Assembly (NCBI GenBank): GCA_973895155.1
Contig: OZ316893.1
Location: 3,058,430 to 3,122,429 of the forward strand
Direction: 5' to 3'
Origin: Marsupella aquatica
Lineage: Eukaryota > Plantae > Marchantiophyta
DNA: 64,000 bases
The notes under the pieces are model-generated. The model was not told the DNA's origin. It searched no databases and worked only from the letters and a program-made list of their open reading frames with translations. This document shows, in pieces, positions 34,609-47,358 of the stretch. The position numbers were made by a program, and so were the translations under genes. Each line of letters starts with the position of its first letter. Positions within the stretch are counted from its first letter, which is position 1.

Positions 34609-35759
34609 ATGTCTTCATCTTCTGAGATCTCCACCACAGATTCTTCCTCCTCCGATGAAGATATACCACCTCCTCCTCAACCTCACACGACTGCACCTCC
34701 TCCTCGTGGTCCACCCCGTCAGCTTTGCCAATGTGCCAAATGCGTGGGTCAGGTTTCCCAAAAGTCCTATATATGCACCCAGCATATTGAGAGATATGGA
34801 CGTTACGGACGTCATACAACAGGGGCTTCCTCATCCCATGTGGTAAGTGTTTACGCCTTAGTTTCTACCCTATTTCCACATCGCAATGGTGAAGGTTTTT
34901 AATTTCACACCTCTTGTTGTTTGTTTTGGTTTGGGTGGAATAGGTATCTAGTAGGCCTAGACCTGCGGCATCAGCACCTTATGTCCCATCACAAGGTGTT
35001 CTAGATGCTATAGGCAATGCATTCTCACAAGCCTTGGGTCTAGCAATAGCCCCCTCCAGTCCTAGGGCAGTTGGGGGTGAGCCTGTTGTCCCAAGAGGGA
35101 GAAAGCGTTCCAAGAGACGGCCCCGAGGGGATACTGATTTGTACAAGGCAGTGGTTACCGGTAGGTGGGGTGATTGTGAGTTTACTGGCAGATGTGTTCC
35201 TGTCATCAAGGACTGGGATCCCCAGACTCTTGGTTTGCCACAAGAGCTTTCCTATGGTGAGGAGGTAGAGGTTTGGGGAAGACGTTGGGTTATCAAACCT
35301 TCCACACTTGGGGATAGACATGGCTATGGAGTTTTTGCTTGTGAAGACATCATTGTGGATACCGAGAGTGGTAGTGGTGGACGCGGTCGAGAATGACCTA
35401 CGTTGTTTCCTTATGGTGGACCCATCTACAAGAGAAGACATTGGAACATGATCCTTGCACAACATCCTGAGGGGAAGACTTATGCCTTGGAGTTAGATAC
35501 TTTTGATGGAAACACTAGGAGGTATAGTGAGCAGCGGGTGATAGATGGGGACCCCATACGAACTGGGAATATAGCTGGTTTCATAAACAGTACTGTGGGG
35601 ACTCGCCCCAAGCGTAGGCAAAATTGTGAGTGGGTTTTCATTGAGGGTCCTCCACCAGCCCCTTATGGCCAGACATATCATCATGACCATTGTCTGGTTG
35701 TAGCTACTAGGACCATTCACTCAGGTGATGAGTTGTTTACTCACTATGTGTGGGATTAG
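34609..35759 (+). pseudogene. SET-domain (lysine methyltransferase-like) gene inside CACTA; exons 34609-34842 and 34944-35759; single premature TGA at 35394-35396
   Basis: Phase-0 GT-AG intron keeps the frame. SET motifs: IKPSTLGDRHGYGVFA, FPYGG, IDG...GNIAGFINS...QNC, VVATRTIHSGDELFTHY. Exon 1 encodes CQCAKC-x9-CTQH. Confidence 0.85.
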
Positions 35760-35902
35760 AAAATGACCATACACATGGCGTTTGGCCACATTTTGTATTT
35801 ACACCAGTACCGATATTATTTCATGTTTGCACACCCCCATATATTCTTCTACATGTTGTAACTATTTTCTTTGTAACTTTCAATTGTTTGCATTGTTTTT
35901 AG

Positions 35903-38900
35903 AATGTGCGACCCTCTCAAAATATGTTACCGCGGAGATTAGAGCAGCATATCGGGAAATGGGTATGCCGGAAGAAGGACAAGGCTCTGAGTCACATTCC
36001 TCATCAAGTGACAGTGGAAGCAACAACCCTGATCGCAATGTACCAAGAACATATGAACAGGTTATTGATGACCAAGATAGAGCCATGGATGATTTTATGG
36101 TTGATTGGTTTGGTGTTGACGTCCCTGGTGATGATGCTGAGGTGTCTGCTGATCAAGGAGGTCATGTGCCCCCCAATGATCCACGACCAAGACACACCCC
36201 CGAGGGACAGCGCCAATGGGAGGAAGCAGAGGAACATGCCCGAACTCCTATCTATGAGGGTGCTCGTTTGAGTCATCTTTCTGCTATCTTGGGGTTGATG
36301 AATCTATAGGCCAAACACAAGGCAAGCAATGCCTTGTTATCTGATATGTTTGCACTTTGCCATGACCTTATGTTACCTTCTGGCAATGTGTTGCCAGGAA
36401 CTTGGAAGGAGGCCAAGCGTGTTCTCTCATCAATTGGCATGGAATATCATATCATTCATGCATGTGTGAATGATTGCATGTTATTTCATGGGGCCGATGA
36501 GAAGAAGACACAGTGTACTGAATGTCATGAGCCACGGTATGACCCCAACATGATTACAAAGAAGGTGCCAAGAAAAGCTGTTCGTTGGTTTCCCATCATT
36601 CCTCGGTTGTTGCACATGTACAGGTGTTCTGATTTGGCAGAGTTGATGGTATGGCATAAGACTCATCGATCAGGGCCTGGTGTTATGCGGTTGCCAATTG
36701 ACTCTCCTGCAGTCAAACTATTGAGGAAACATGGCCAGACTTTGCACATGATCCTCGTCATGTGAGGTTGGGATTGGCATCTGATGGGGTTAGTCCTCAT
36801 GCCCTTGGAGGCAAGGGAAGACCTACATCAGTTTGGCCTGTGGTTGTGATGAATTACAACCTTCCACCATGGCTATCCATGAAGAAGGGGTTCCTCTTGC
36901 TGTCTTTGATTATTCTAGGTCCAAAAAAGGTGAAGAACTTTGACACTTATTTGGCACTATTGATTGGAGAACTCCAAAAACTGTGGGGTGGAGTGTGGGC
37001 ATATGATGGCAGGAAAAATACAGGAGGCATTCCACGTGTATTTAAATTGAGAGGGGTAGTTTGTTGGACAATGCATGACTATCCTGGTAAGATGACTTTT
37101 TGACCATATGCCACCCTTCTTTGATATGCTCTTTAATATACTTGTTTGTCATGTGACAACCCTAACATTTAGTCTGGTTTTATTTTTGGTGTAACCAGGG
37201 TTTGGCTTTGTCTCTGGATTGCAAACTCAAGGGTACAAAGCTTGCTCCACCTGTGGTCCACAATTGCAAGATATGGCAATTTGGTCCCCATGGCTTAGGA
37301 AGATTGTTTACATTGGGCATACAAAGTTTCTTCCGATGGGGCATGAGATGAGGTCTGACCCACTTTTATTTTCCTCCTTTGACATGCCCCTTGGTGATAT
37401 GCGGGAAATTCCGGAACCAACAACTTTTGGGCATTGGAAGTCACTAGCTGATAGGGTGGCAGACCCTGATGATCCCCTCACCTTTGATGGTATTGGGTTG
37501 ACGAGGTGGAGTATACTAGCCAGTTTGCCCTATTGGTCAGAGTTGAAGATCCGCCATCTTTTAGACCCCATGCACATAGAGGGAAATGTGGGGAAGGCGT
37601 TGATAGCTCATTTTTATGGGGAGAAGGACACTAACTTCAGGGAGGCATGTGAAGAGTTGGAAATGCATCCAGATGTATGGGTACAAGTTGATCCTGCCAC
37701 AGGTTTGGAACATCGTCTTTCTGCTCCTTGGGTGCTTAGTGTTGGCCAAAGACGTGAATTCCGGAATCGTATAGGGGAGATGCGGTTTCCTACAGGCTAT
37801 GGTGCCAATTTGAGGAAAGCTTTTGGGATGGAGGACAATCACAAATGGTCACGGTATCTCAAGACACATGACTATCACCGCTTATTGCAGCATATATTGC
37901 CAGTGGCAATTATAGGGTTGGGGACCAAAGAAGTGCAAGATGCCATTTGGTCATTGGGTCGTTTGTTGAGATGGATATGCTCAAATGAGATATATGTGGA
38001 AGAGATTCCTGGAATGGAGGTATTGGCTGCTGAGGTGGTTTTCAAGTTGGAGAAGGCCCTCCCTCCTTCCTTCTTTGATTGTCAGGTTCATTTGCTTGTG
38101 CATCTTGTGAGGGAGGTTGCCATTGCTGGTCCAGTTCATTGTCGATGGATGTACTGGCTTGAGCGTTACATGTCAGTCTTGAAGGCTTATGTACGTAACC
38201 GTGCACGAGTGGAGGGAAGCATAGCTACAGGATACTTGGCTGCAGAGAGCATGTTTTATTGTAGTAACATCTTGGCCACCATTGATCAGACTTTACCACG
38301 TACTTGGATGGAGGAGAGGCAAGAGGAGGAGGACCGTTTAACAGGAGCAACAAAAACACGCATGCTTACATCAACAGAGTGGACACAGTTGAATACATTC
38401 ATGTTGAGTAATAGTAATGTCATGGATGAATGGAGGGAGTTTTATGACAATGCCAAAAGAATGAGTCAAAGGGCAAGGATTTTTCCTAAGTTGCATGAGT
38501 TTATGAAGGAAAAGTTGGTTGAGTTGGATGGCATTTTGGCACAAGGAGGAGATGTCTCACAGTTTCCTACTATGACAAATGACATTCGGACCATTGTTCA
38601 TGGCCCTTTGAGAGTGGTAACATCCAAGACGGCCATGTGGACCCAAGGGAGACACTTCAGGTTTCACTAGTTCCTAACCTTGTTTTCCATATTCATGTAC
38701 TACTACTTAAGATATAGTAATCATTTTACTTAAGATAAGTGTGTTTTTCTCTTTTGGTATGAAAGGTTCCTCATAACATGATTAGTGTTTTTTGTGTAGT
38801 AGTAACAATATATGGGTCTTGTTAATTTCAGGATTTCTTCCCTTGATGAGAAGAGGGCTCGTACTTTTGATTGTGGAGTTCAAGGGCAGTTTTGTCAGGA

Positions 38901-39318
38901 CTCCCGGAGTAGCCGACATGACAGGAACATTGTTCGTGATGTTGTGCCACACTATGGGAAGATAGAGGAGATTTTGGTGGTCTCATATGACAACCAATCT
39001 AAGTTTGAGGAGTATGTCTTCAAGTGCAAGTGGTTCAAAGTGAACCTTGTTGGTAATAATCACATTGTACTCCACGATGAGAGTGGGTTTACACGGTTGA
39101 GGACAAGTGCCACTAGTTTTCAAGCATCTCATTGGCAAACGTCAGAGCCATTTACTTTCCCATCTCACTTGGAGCAATGTTTCTACATTCCATACCCCTT
39201 AAACCCAGAGTGGTCACTTGTCATCACATATGTGCCACGGTCTCGTTCCATTGTTTCAGACAAGCCAGACACTATTTTTGTGTCAGATGTAGAGGACATT
39301 GAAGGTGACCAAGTGTGA
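35903..39318 (+). pseudogene. CACTA TnpD-type transposase (Transposase_21 / DUF4218 / DUF4216-like); exons ~35903-37086, 37199-38660, 38832-39318
   Basis: IHACVNDCMLF, RLGLASDG, YNLPPWL, HDYPG, LDPMHIEGNV, KTHDYH, FFDCQVHLLVHL, GPVHCRWMYWLER, HYGKIEEI, FKCKWF. Nonsense TAG at 36307-36309 and a frameshift at ~36718. Confidence 0.93.
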
Positions 39319-40604
39319 GAGACACTTATGGATATTTAAACCAAAAATCTATATCATGGATTGTTCATGTTGTTTCTTAATTAATATTTCATACACCATT
39401 AGTGTGGTAGGTATTTTCATTTTGGACTCCTACTTTCAAAAGAGGTCATGCATATAAGTGACATGGGTACTCCCTCCCTTATCCCTCCTCCCTCTTTGAA
39501 CCCAAACTCTCCTTCCTCTTCCAAAAACTCCATAGCTTTTTCTCCTCCCTCCCTCTTCGCTAAAGTCTCTCCTATTTTTAGTAAACCCTCTTTGGACTCC
39601 CTTCTTCCTCCGTCCCTCATCCACCTTCCAACTCCCTTCCTCCCTCTTTCACCTTTCACCTCCCTCCCTCCTCCTCCCCCATTCAAACTCTAGCCTAGAT
39701 GCACACACAAGTCTAACATAAACGTTTGCGAACTGTTTGCGAAACTAAACAAATCCCAACCAAATCGCAATTTTGCCATTTAAACCGTTTCTCAATTATT
39801 CCATACTATACGCTTCACTATTTTGCGATATCCAGACCATCCCACCTTTACCATCCACATCGTTTCGCACATTTGCCATACAAACCCATCGCAAATTGTT
39901 TGAAGCTAACCTTTTCGCAAACATCCTCCAATACTAATTGTTTCGCAACATTAATGTTACCGTGGTTTCGGACTTTCGGAGCGGTCGCGGAGCCTTCGTA
40001 ATGTGTTTTGTAATCTCTGTAGTTTCGCAAAATATTGTGATACAATAAAGTTCGCAAAATGTTTGCGATGCAAATCGCATGGAAGACCAAAGTTGCGATA
40101 CCACAAGTATCGCAAATTGCGATGCGTATTGAGTCATCAACGGTTTGAAGCATCTGGAATCGCAAACGTGTGTCCGGACGCAAATGAGCTTCGCAAAAGG
40201 GCAAAATATGTTGTAGTGATAGCGTCCCTCCACGTTCCCGTCATACGATAACAAACGATTTTAGCAGGAGTAAATACGTATTTGCCATGTAAATTGTTTG
40301 ATAAGCAGGTGACACTTGGTTGGGTGCCTTTTGTTTTGGCTGTTTGAAACATAGTCTTTCTTGATATATCTAGACACAAAGAAGGTTTTGTCTAATTAAT
40401 AACAAGTCAAAAATAGATTTGAGTAGCAAGTGTCATGTGTTGTTGGTCTTGACAATACTGTCATATGAAGTCAGTGCAAAGCGGTCCTCTATGTAGGAAG
40501 CACAAGTTTCACTTGACATATTTGTATACTCTTCTGTACGCGCGTATACTCTTAAATTTAACTAATAATACAGATTTCTATGTAAAAAATCTTTATTAAA
40601 TTTC

Positions 40605-40729
40605 TTACATAGATTAAATTAAACTGTATCTACAAGAGGGATATTATAATATAGAACAAATTCATTTCTATAGTTAAATTTAATCTATGTAATAAATATG
40701 TATTTGTTCTATGAAATATCCCTCTTGTT
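40605..40729. repeat. AT-rich interleaved inverted repeats (MITE-like remnant)
   Basis: TTACATAGATTAAATT pairs with AATTTAATCTATGTAA; ACAAGAGGGATATT..TAGAACAAAT pairs with ATTTGTTCTA..AATATCCCTCTTGT. Confidence 0.5.
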
Positions 40730-42263
40730 ATTAATGGTCTTCGTCAAGAATACAATGATACTAGATCTGAGAGATAGATGGGAGACATACCTCAAAGATA
40801 TCAGGAAAGATATTGGCCCCCATATTGGCATCATGAGTGCCACAAGGGCCTTTGTGCTAAACTGATAGAGCAGTTCTAAACTAACAAATAAACTGTGAAA
40901 TGAAATCGGAATTAAACTTTATTGTCACTCTGCAAGTCCCTATGTTCCACAATTTGGAGAAGGAAAATGTTATCAATGTTAAATCACATTCAACATTGAA
41001 CCAGGTCATGAAACTAAGGGCAACTAGGTCCTTGTCAAACAATTTTGATGGAATTTCTGAAGATTGATGTTAGTTTTGTCAAAAGAACCAGTGGCTCATT
41101 TAACTTAGTGAGTGAAATAACTGGTAATCCATACAAATGACCATGCAGACAAGCAAAAACCCAAGTTTGGGTTGTGTCTATCCAGGTTCACTGTGTTTGT
41201 CCATCCGGGTGTTTTTGCAAAGGTCTGTGTCCATTGGGGCTTTATGTTCCTCCTGGTCTGATACATGTCTGTTACCATTATGCCGGTTGAATAGAAATCA
41301 TTGTTGCCTCATATATATATAATGGGCTCGTAGGGGATGTGCTAGTGAGACAGTTGATTTTGTAGGAGAAGTCAACTTACTGAGGAAATTCAAAGACTGA
41401 CTAGCTTAGAAAAAAATCTAAATCAATTGTTCTCATGACTGTGGAAAAACTTTATTAAAGTCAAATTACATTTTTTAAATGCAAGTCTACAACCAAACCA
41501 GCCAACTATATATTCAGTATATTCACTCGTATATTCATTGACCTGGGCAAGTCAGAGTTTACTAGACTAAATGAAGCTTGACTTTGTCGATTGGATATAA
41601 ATAAAGTCATTGTAAGGAAATTAAAAAATTGACATAATTATACCAAGGTGAGTTGCATACTCAGGGCTCTAAGTCCATGCCATCTTAGTTAAAAGATATG
41701 TTTCAGTATCGCTTTCAAGCTTAATTAATAGGCTGGGACTGCCATCAAAACCTTTGAAATGAAACCCTAAGGAGGTTTTGGCTTCATACAGACCAGGTCA
41801 AATAATCACAATTGAAAGACAAATAGGTTAGCCAGGGAAAACTTGAAGCTTTTTGTCAAACAGGTGGTCAATTAAACATAATTAACAACCCACTAACCTG
41901 AATGATAATCTTCCTCCTTCTCCCCCCCCCCCCCCCCCCACCACATTCCACAGCAGCAGCAGCGTTAACACACATCCTCCCTCAAAAATGGAGTTCACAT
42001 GCAACTAGTGGCACTCAGAACTTTTTTTCATTCCAGCAAAAAGGGAACCGGCTGTAGGAGTTTCTGGTCAATGTTCAGTAGGCTACAGGACAGCACATGA
42101 CTCCTAGAAGTGATCATGATTAGTGGTTCCTTGAAGGTAAAAAGCCCGGTAAAAAGATGAAGACAAAATAAAATCTTTACAAAGGTTATTAATGTTATTT
42201 CCAAATATATCTTGGGGCCACATCCCCCGCCACATCCCTGTCCGCCGTCATTTTCAATATATA

Positions 42264-42545
42264 TCCTTATTGAGAGTGGTTTAGACGGGGTCTAGAGTCT
42301 TATAACCTTCTAACATAGTTTTGGGGTGTTTTGTCCTGATTGAGTGGTAGAGAGTCTTATGACCCTCTAAAATAGTTTGAGTGTTTTGTTTTGTCCTTAT
42401 TGAGAGTGGTCTAGAATCTTATAACCCTCTACAATAGTTTGGGTGTTTTGTCCTTATTAGAGTGGTCTAGAATCTTATAATCCTCTAAAATAGTTTGCCT
42501 GGGTGTTATGTCCTTACTGACAGTGGTCTGGAGTCTTATAACACG
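42264..42545. repeat. ~55-65-bp degenerate tandem repeat (~5 copies)
   Basis: TCCTTATTGAGAGTGGTCTAGA(G)TCTTATAACCCTCTAAAATAGTTT..GTGTTTTG units. Confidence 0.85.
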
Positions 42546-43814
42546 TCACTCGAAAATAGCTTTTGCGTAGCGTAGATTCAGATTGATTGAATACAGGCAG
42601 AGAAGCCAGAGGACACCTGAAATTTGACGCATACCTCAAATGGGTCCAAATTCACCCTTTCAACTTTTTGAAAATATGAATTCATCCCAATCTTCGAGGA
42701 ATGTTGTGACGGCCCGGAAAATCCATGCAGAAAATGCTGTCTGAGAGAACGAGGACGCGTTATTATATACACTTGCAGTACCATTAATGAGTGCTCTTTG
42801 TCGTGGCTAACACTTAGGACGAAGCCACCGAAATATCAATCTAGGAACCCTCGCCATTGCACTCCCCGCCATGTAGCAATGCTGGAAGCCTTTGTAGTTA
42901 TCTGATATGCGTCACTCAAGACAATCATCCGCTTTCAGGTGCGACAAAAAATATCAGCTGGAAAGCTTTCAAACTAAGATTCACTCACTTACAACTTCTA
43001 ATTATTTATTTATTTTGGAGTCAATGAGCAACTTCTAATGCTGGAGAACAAGAGGAAGACCTTCTACTGATATACGCAAAGCATACACAAAACACAGTAG
43101 CTGAATTTGAGAACCATGAAAGGTCTGGCCAGGGAAAATACTTTTATAAAAATTTCTACTTAAATAACGTAACTGGGATGCTCTCTACTGTAGTTCTAAA
43201 AACTAGGCAGCGTTTTCTGTACCTATGGCCTTTCGTTCTGCAATGCAACGATTCATGCGCTCTTTTGACTGCATCAAAATAGAAACGATGACAAATCCTT
43301 GCATGGTAACATTATTCGTCTGTTCAATCAAGAATTTTGAATCCTTGCAAATTGAAACGTACCCTGACCCTTCCCTTCCTCTGCTATATATACTTGACCC
43401 AGTGCCTAATTAATCTATGCTAGCGCGAGCACTGCGGGACGTATGTCTAAAGAGTGCAGACATCTAGCCACATGCTAGAAATCTTGTGGGGTAATTCCTC
43501 GTACGTCCCCAGCTGTATCAAACATGTTTCCTTGACAAAAATGTTCTCGTTGAGAGTCAACTTGCACTGGCCTGTGATCGATGACATCTGGCTACCTCGA
43601 TCTATTTGAGACAGATTTCGACAAATCTGGTTAACCCTTCCAGTAGAAAAGTATACGTCACTCTACCAACATGTTATCCGGCCATTGTATGTTCGTCCTT
43701 GCTACAGGAAAACGCGTTCTTCGATGATTCAATATTTCAGTTTCTCACCGCTAATTGATGCAAAATTGACCGCGTGTGGCTATCTTTAATCCATCACCTA
43801 ACTAAATTTAGAAT

Positions 43815-44100
43815 AAATTCCAAGAATTCTGGGAAAGATTCATGTCAATAGGATTCCCTAAGACTTCTAAATTACAACCTCCGACACTATATATAGATAC
43901 AAGATCCTAATTCCATCACTTGACTGAATCTAACAAAATCTGGAGTAAACTCCAAGAATTCTGGGAAAGATTCACTCAATAGGAATCCCAATAATTCTAG
44001 ATTACAACCGTCGACGCTAGCTGGAGATACAAGATCCTAATTCCATCACTTAACTGAATCTAGCTGGACTGAAGTCCAAGAATTTTGGAAAGATTCAAGT
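43815..44100. repeat. ~130-bp degenerate tandem repeat (~2.3 copies)
   Basis: TCCAAGAATTCTGGGAAAGATTCA ... GATACAAGATCCTAATTCCATCACTT.ACTGAATCTA repeated. Confidence 0.8.
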
Positions 44101-45826
44101 GACTATAAACCCCAATAATGATAAGGTACAATTTTTGCCAATATATTCGAAGTACCTGCTTTTACAGGGGGATTCGTGGATGGTAGCTCGATCAAAGTGA
44201 TCATATTTCCTGATCTCCAAAACATGGCTGTGACAAAGTACGTGCTCATAGAAAAGTACAGCTCTATCCTGAGTGCGATTTAGGTACTGAAGAACGTGCC
44301 TCTCGCCTTTCTGCGGCTGTCATGCTACTGGAAATCCATTTGCACTAGCTGATCATCGAGCCCTAATCAAATATGTTTATGGCTGGCCAGCATTTGTTCT
44401 ATCATTTCCGAATATGCGGACGAGTTTTTCGAAAGCTAGATTCCCGAGAGTCCACCTCACCTGACAAGAATTCAGAGATTGAATGTCTTCGTTGAAAGTA
44501 TTTAAGCATTGAATTTGTGTCGAAAACTTATTTGCCAGCAATTTGAACCTATATACGCAGTGTTCAACTGATTCACAACCATTGTTCCGATAGGGATCCC
44601 GACAGGGTTCAGGACATTAGTTGAATTTTTCACGTCATTCAGGCCAACTACTAGCCAATTCTTTCATATCCATGAAATTTTAGGCCGCGCGTCCCCTGTT
44701 GAAATAAAATTATCGATTAATCAAGCTTTCCACGATTTTTTCTCACTTTGGTGGACGTCGACGGTGTTCACTTTGTGTCCAACTGGTTCGAGAAGCTGGT
44801 CTGAGGTCTGAACTGTCCGTTTCGTCGCCGGTTCGTCGCTTGACTCTATTGCCTCTTTTTCGAATTTTGTACGTAGTAAGGTTTCTGAGTTTATTGCCGA
44901 AACGAACTCCAGGAATCCATAGGACGACACCCTGCATGGGTGATCTCAGCCATTTGGGACAATGGAAGTGTAGCTAGCAGAAGAAATCTCAAGCACTGTT
45001 TGTCACGGACAAACACAGATGATGTACCGGTGATGGGGATGACACTGACAGTATCATGCCAAGTCTCACGAAGTCATCGATTCTAAGAGATGGATCACTT
45101 GACATGACAACGAACGAGGTATCATCTTGACGTGATTCACTGGTGTGGCCGAACTCATGATCCAGCTGAATATTGTCCTAGCTACGAAGAGTTAGTTAGC
45201 CTTGCTCGATCATAGATGCGAAGGTCCGCGATTGCCACAAAACTCTCGTGCCAGATATTCCCAATTTAATTGATGAGAATAGAAACGCCAATTGAGTTTC
45301 TTTAATGTATTCCGCACGGAAATCTCAAATGTGTGATCACCGAAAATATACATCAGAGCGCTCAAGGTGCTCAAATCAAGAGCTCGAGATCTGTCCAGTG
45401 CAACGTGGACTGTAAGAGAGCTTGAATACTCTTGATATAAAATCTTAACGAGATTGCAAATATATAAGCTATTTGCAAGAATATAACTTATTGTACATGG
45501 GTTGGATATATACTTATCCTCAGATATGGGACAAACCACCAGCGAATTGCGCAAGAGGCGACACTTCTTGTGGCAGCAAAATGCGGTATTTCTACCGCTA
45601 ACTTATAATGGGCTACAAAGTTGTACGGTAAAAAGACAATTTCGAGCTAAGTCAGATTTCGCTTCACTAGTAAACATCCTGCGGCGTCGACGGGAAACTA
45701 ATCAATACTGACATCCACACACCTACACTGTCGAACTATCCAAGATCCTTCTACTTTTTGGGGCGACAGTCCTCATATATGATTTTCTACAATCACAGTT
45801 CGTCTGCAATCACTCATTGATGGCGT

Positions 45827-47358
45827 CTACAAACTTTTCAAACCCGTCTCTTCACCTTTATCACGTTTCATCAGGCCCTTCTTTGGGTCGATAAGAGTAC
45901 CATAGACCCAATCCATGAATATGGTAAGATGGCCGTAGTTGTACTTGTAATGAGTGTGGTGGAAGTTATGATAGCCGGCTCCCAAAATTCCATAAACACC
46001 TCCTTCAATTGTGTCGTGGATGTTGGCGGTCCAGATCTCCTCCAGGAAGAACAAGATGTAGTACGTTTGAAAGTGCATCGGCACCAAAAACAGCGCGAAG
46101 ACAAGTGGACTGGCTTGCAATATTCCATCGAATGGGTTGAATGCTAGACCTGCGACGAAAAATATTGCAGTGAGTCTCTCAGATGATTTGGAAACTGTAG
46201 ACCAAAGACTCTTAAAGGGTGTTCAATGATGGAATATACTCAAGTAAAGAGGCATCGAGAGTCTTTTCCGGTCCAAGAAGTTACATGCAGACAACAAGAC
46301 ATTTATCAAATAATCTGCTTCCACTGTGCGTGTAATTTCCAAAGCTAGTAGCTTTAATTAGTGCTTGGAATGGAGTCCTTTGAGAAATTGAACAAACCTG
46401 CGAATGGAGATACAGTATTCAGCTTCGAGTAAAAGTGGTGGCTGTGGTGCATGTACTTGTAGAGAAGTGGTGTGTGCAACCACCTGTGAAACCAATAAAC
46501 CCAGAACTCACAGAAGGCCAGGTAAGCACCGATCTGCACGGTGTAGGCTACTAATCCAACCTCTTCCACCTCTGCGTAACAGAGCGTCCATCCTTTCTCG
46601 ACAATATACTCCGCAAAAGTCGGAAGAGCAGTAATAACCGGAAGTCCCACGAAGCTCATGACCATCTGCTCCATCACCGGTTTCATTGCAAGGTTACTGC
46701 CTGCGAAGATTGGAAGCCAAGTAAGTAGGACCTCAGATAACGTGTCCCTCAAAATGAGGTCTGCTCTCGAGATCTGGTCTCAAAACCAAAGAACAAATTA
46801 ATCGAATAAGAATGAGGGACGCAGGAATTCCTTTTAAACAATTTGATGTTCAGAATTGGCACCGCCAATTTATCCAACAGCCTCGTCTGAGCACATACAA
46901 AAACTCTGCCGTATACGCAGATCATGTATTATGTATACCTTACGTTGACTTGACGTCACCGAGTAGGAAACGGATTGAAGCTTACCTCGATAGGTCGGCT
47001 CTTTCTGCCACCAGTAACCATGGAAATAGATAGCTCCTGCAGACAGGAAGTAGATAACCGTGCCAGCCCACCAGTTCCGAAGCCATGTTATGCTCCAATG
47101 GGGAAGTTGACCTCTAATAGGAGCTCGATTAACCGGTCCTAAGATCATGGAGTTTATATCATCTGTCTGTTTCACGAAAAGGTAGTTGTACTCGGCAGAG
47201 TACTTGACAGGCTTTCCCCCCACCACGTCGTCGAACTGAGAATTTGTCGAATACAGCGCGGTACCATTAGCTTCTTGGGCCGTGGTGACGGAGACGACAG
47301 AAGCACCGATGATGGTAGCCGCAGCAAGGGCCATCATCGGCAGCCACATTCGCACCAT
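45827..47358 (-). CDS. DWF7: Delta(7)-sterol C5(6)-desaturase-like; exons 47358-46986, 46700-46398, 46149-45827 (332 aa)
   Basis: Two phase-1 GT-AG introns give one open frame. His boxes HRWLH, HHSHH, HNFHH; WLRNW, SPFAG|[40 protein letters not shown]-like TATAAAA at ~47760-47766. Confidence 0.93.

Larger units (their letters stand above)
30548..40218 (+). mobile_element. CACTA (En/Spm) DNA transposon, 9671 bp, carrying TnpA-like, SET-domain and TnpD transposase genes
   Basis: TIRs CACTACAACA...TGTTGTAGTG with CCTTTTGCGAA shared just inside both ends; 3-bp TSD ATA (30545-30547 / 40219-40221); subterminal TTCGCAA/TTGCGAA arrays. Confidence 0.96.

Noticed and set aside
41921-41939. Poly-C run followed by CAG repeats
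   Set aside because: Simple low-complexity sequence with no supporting structure.
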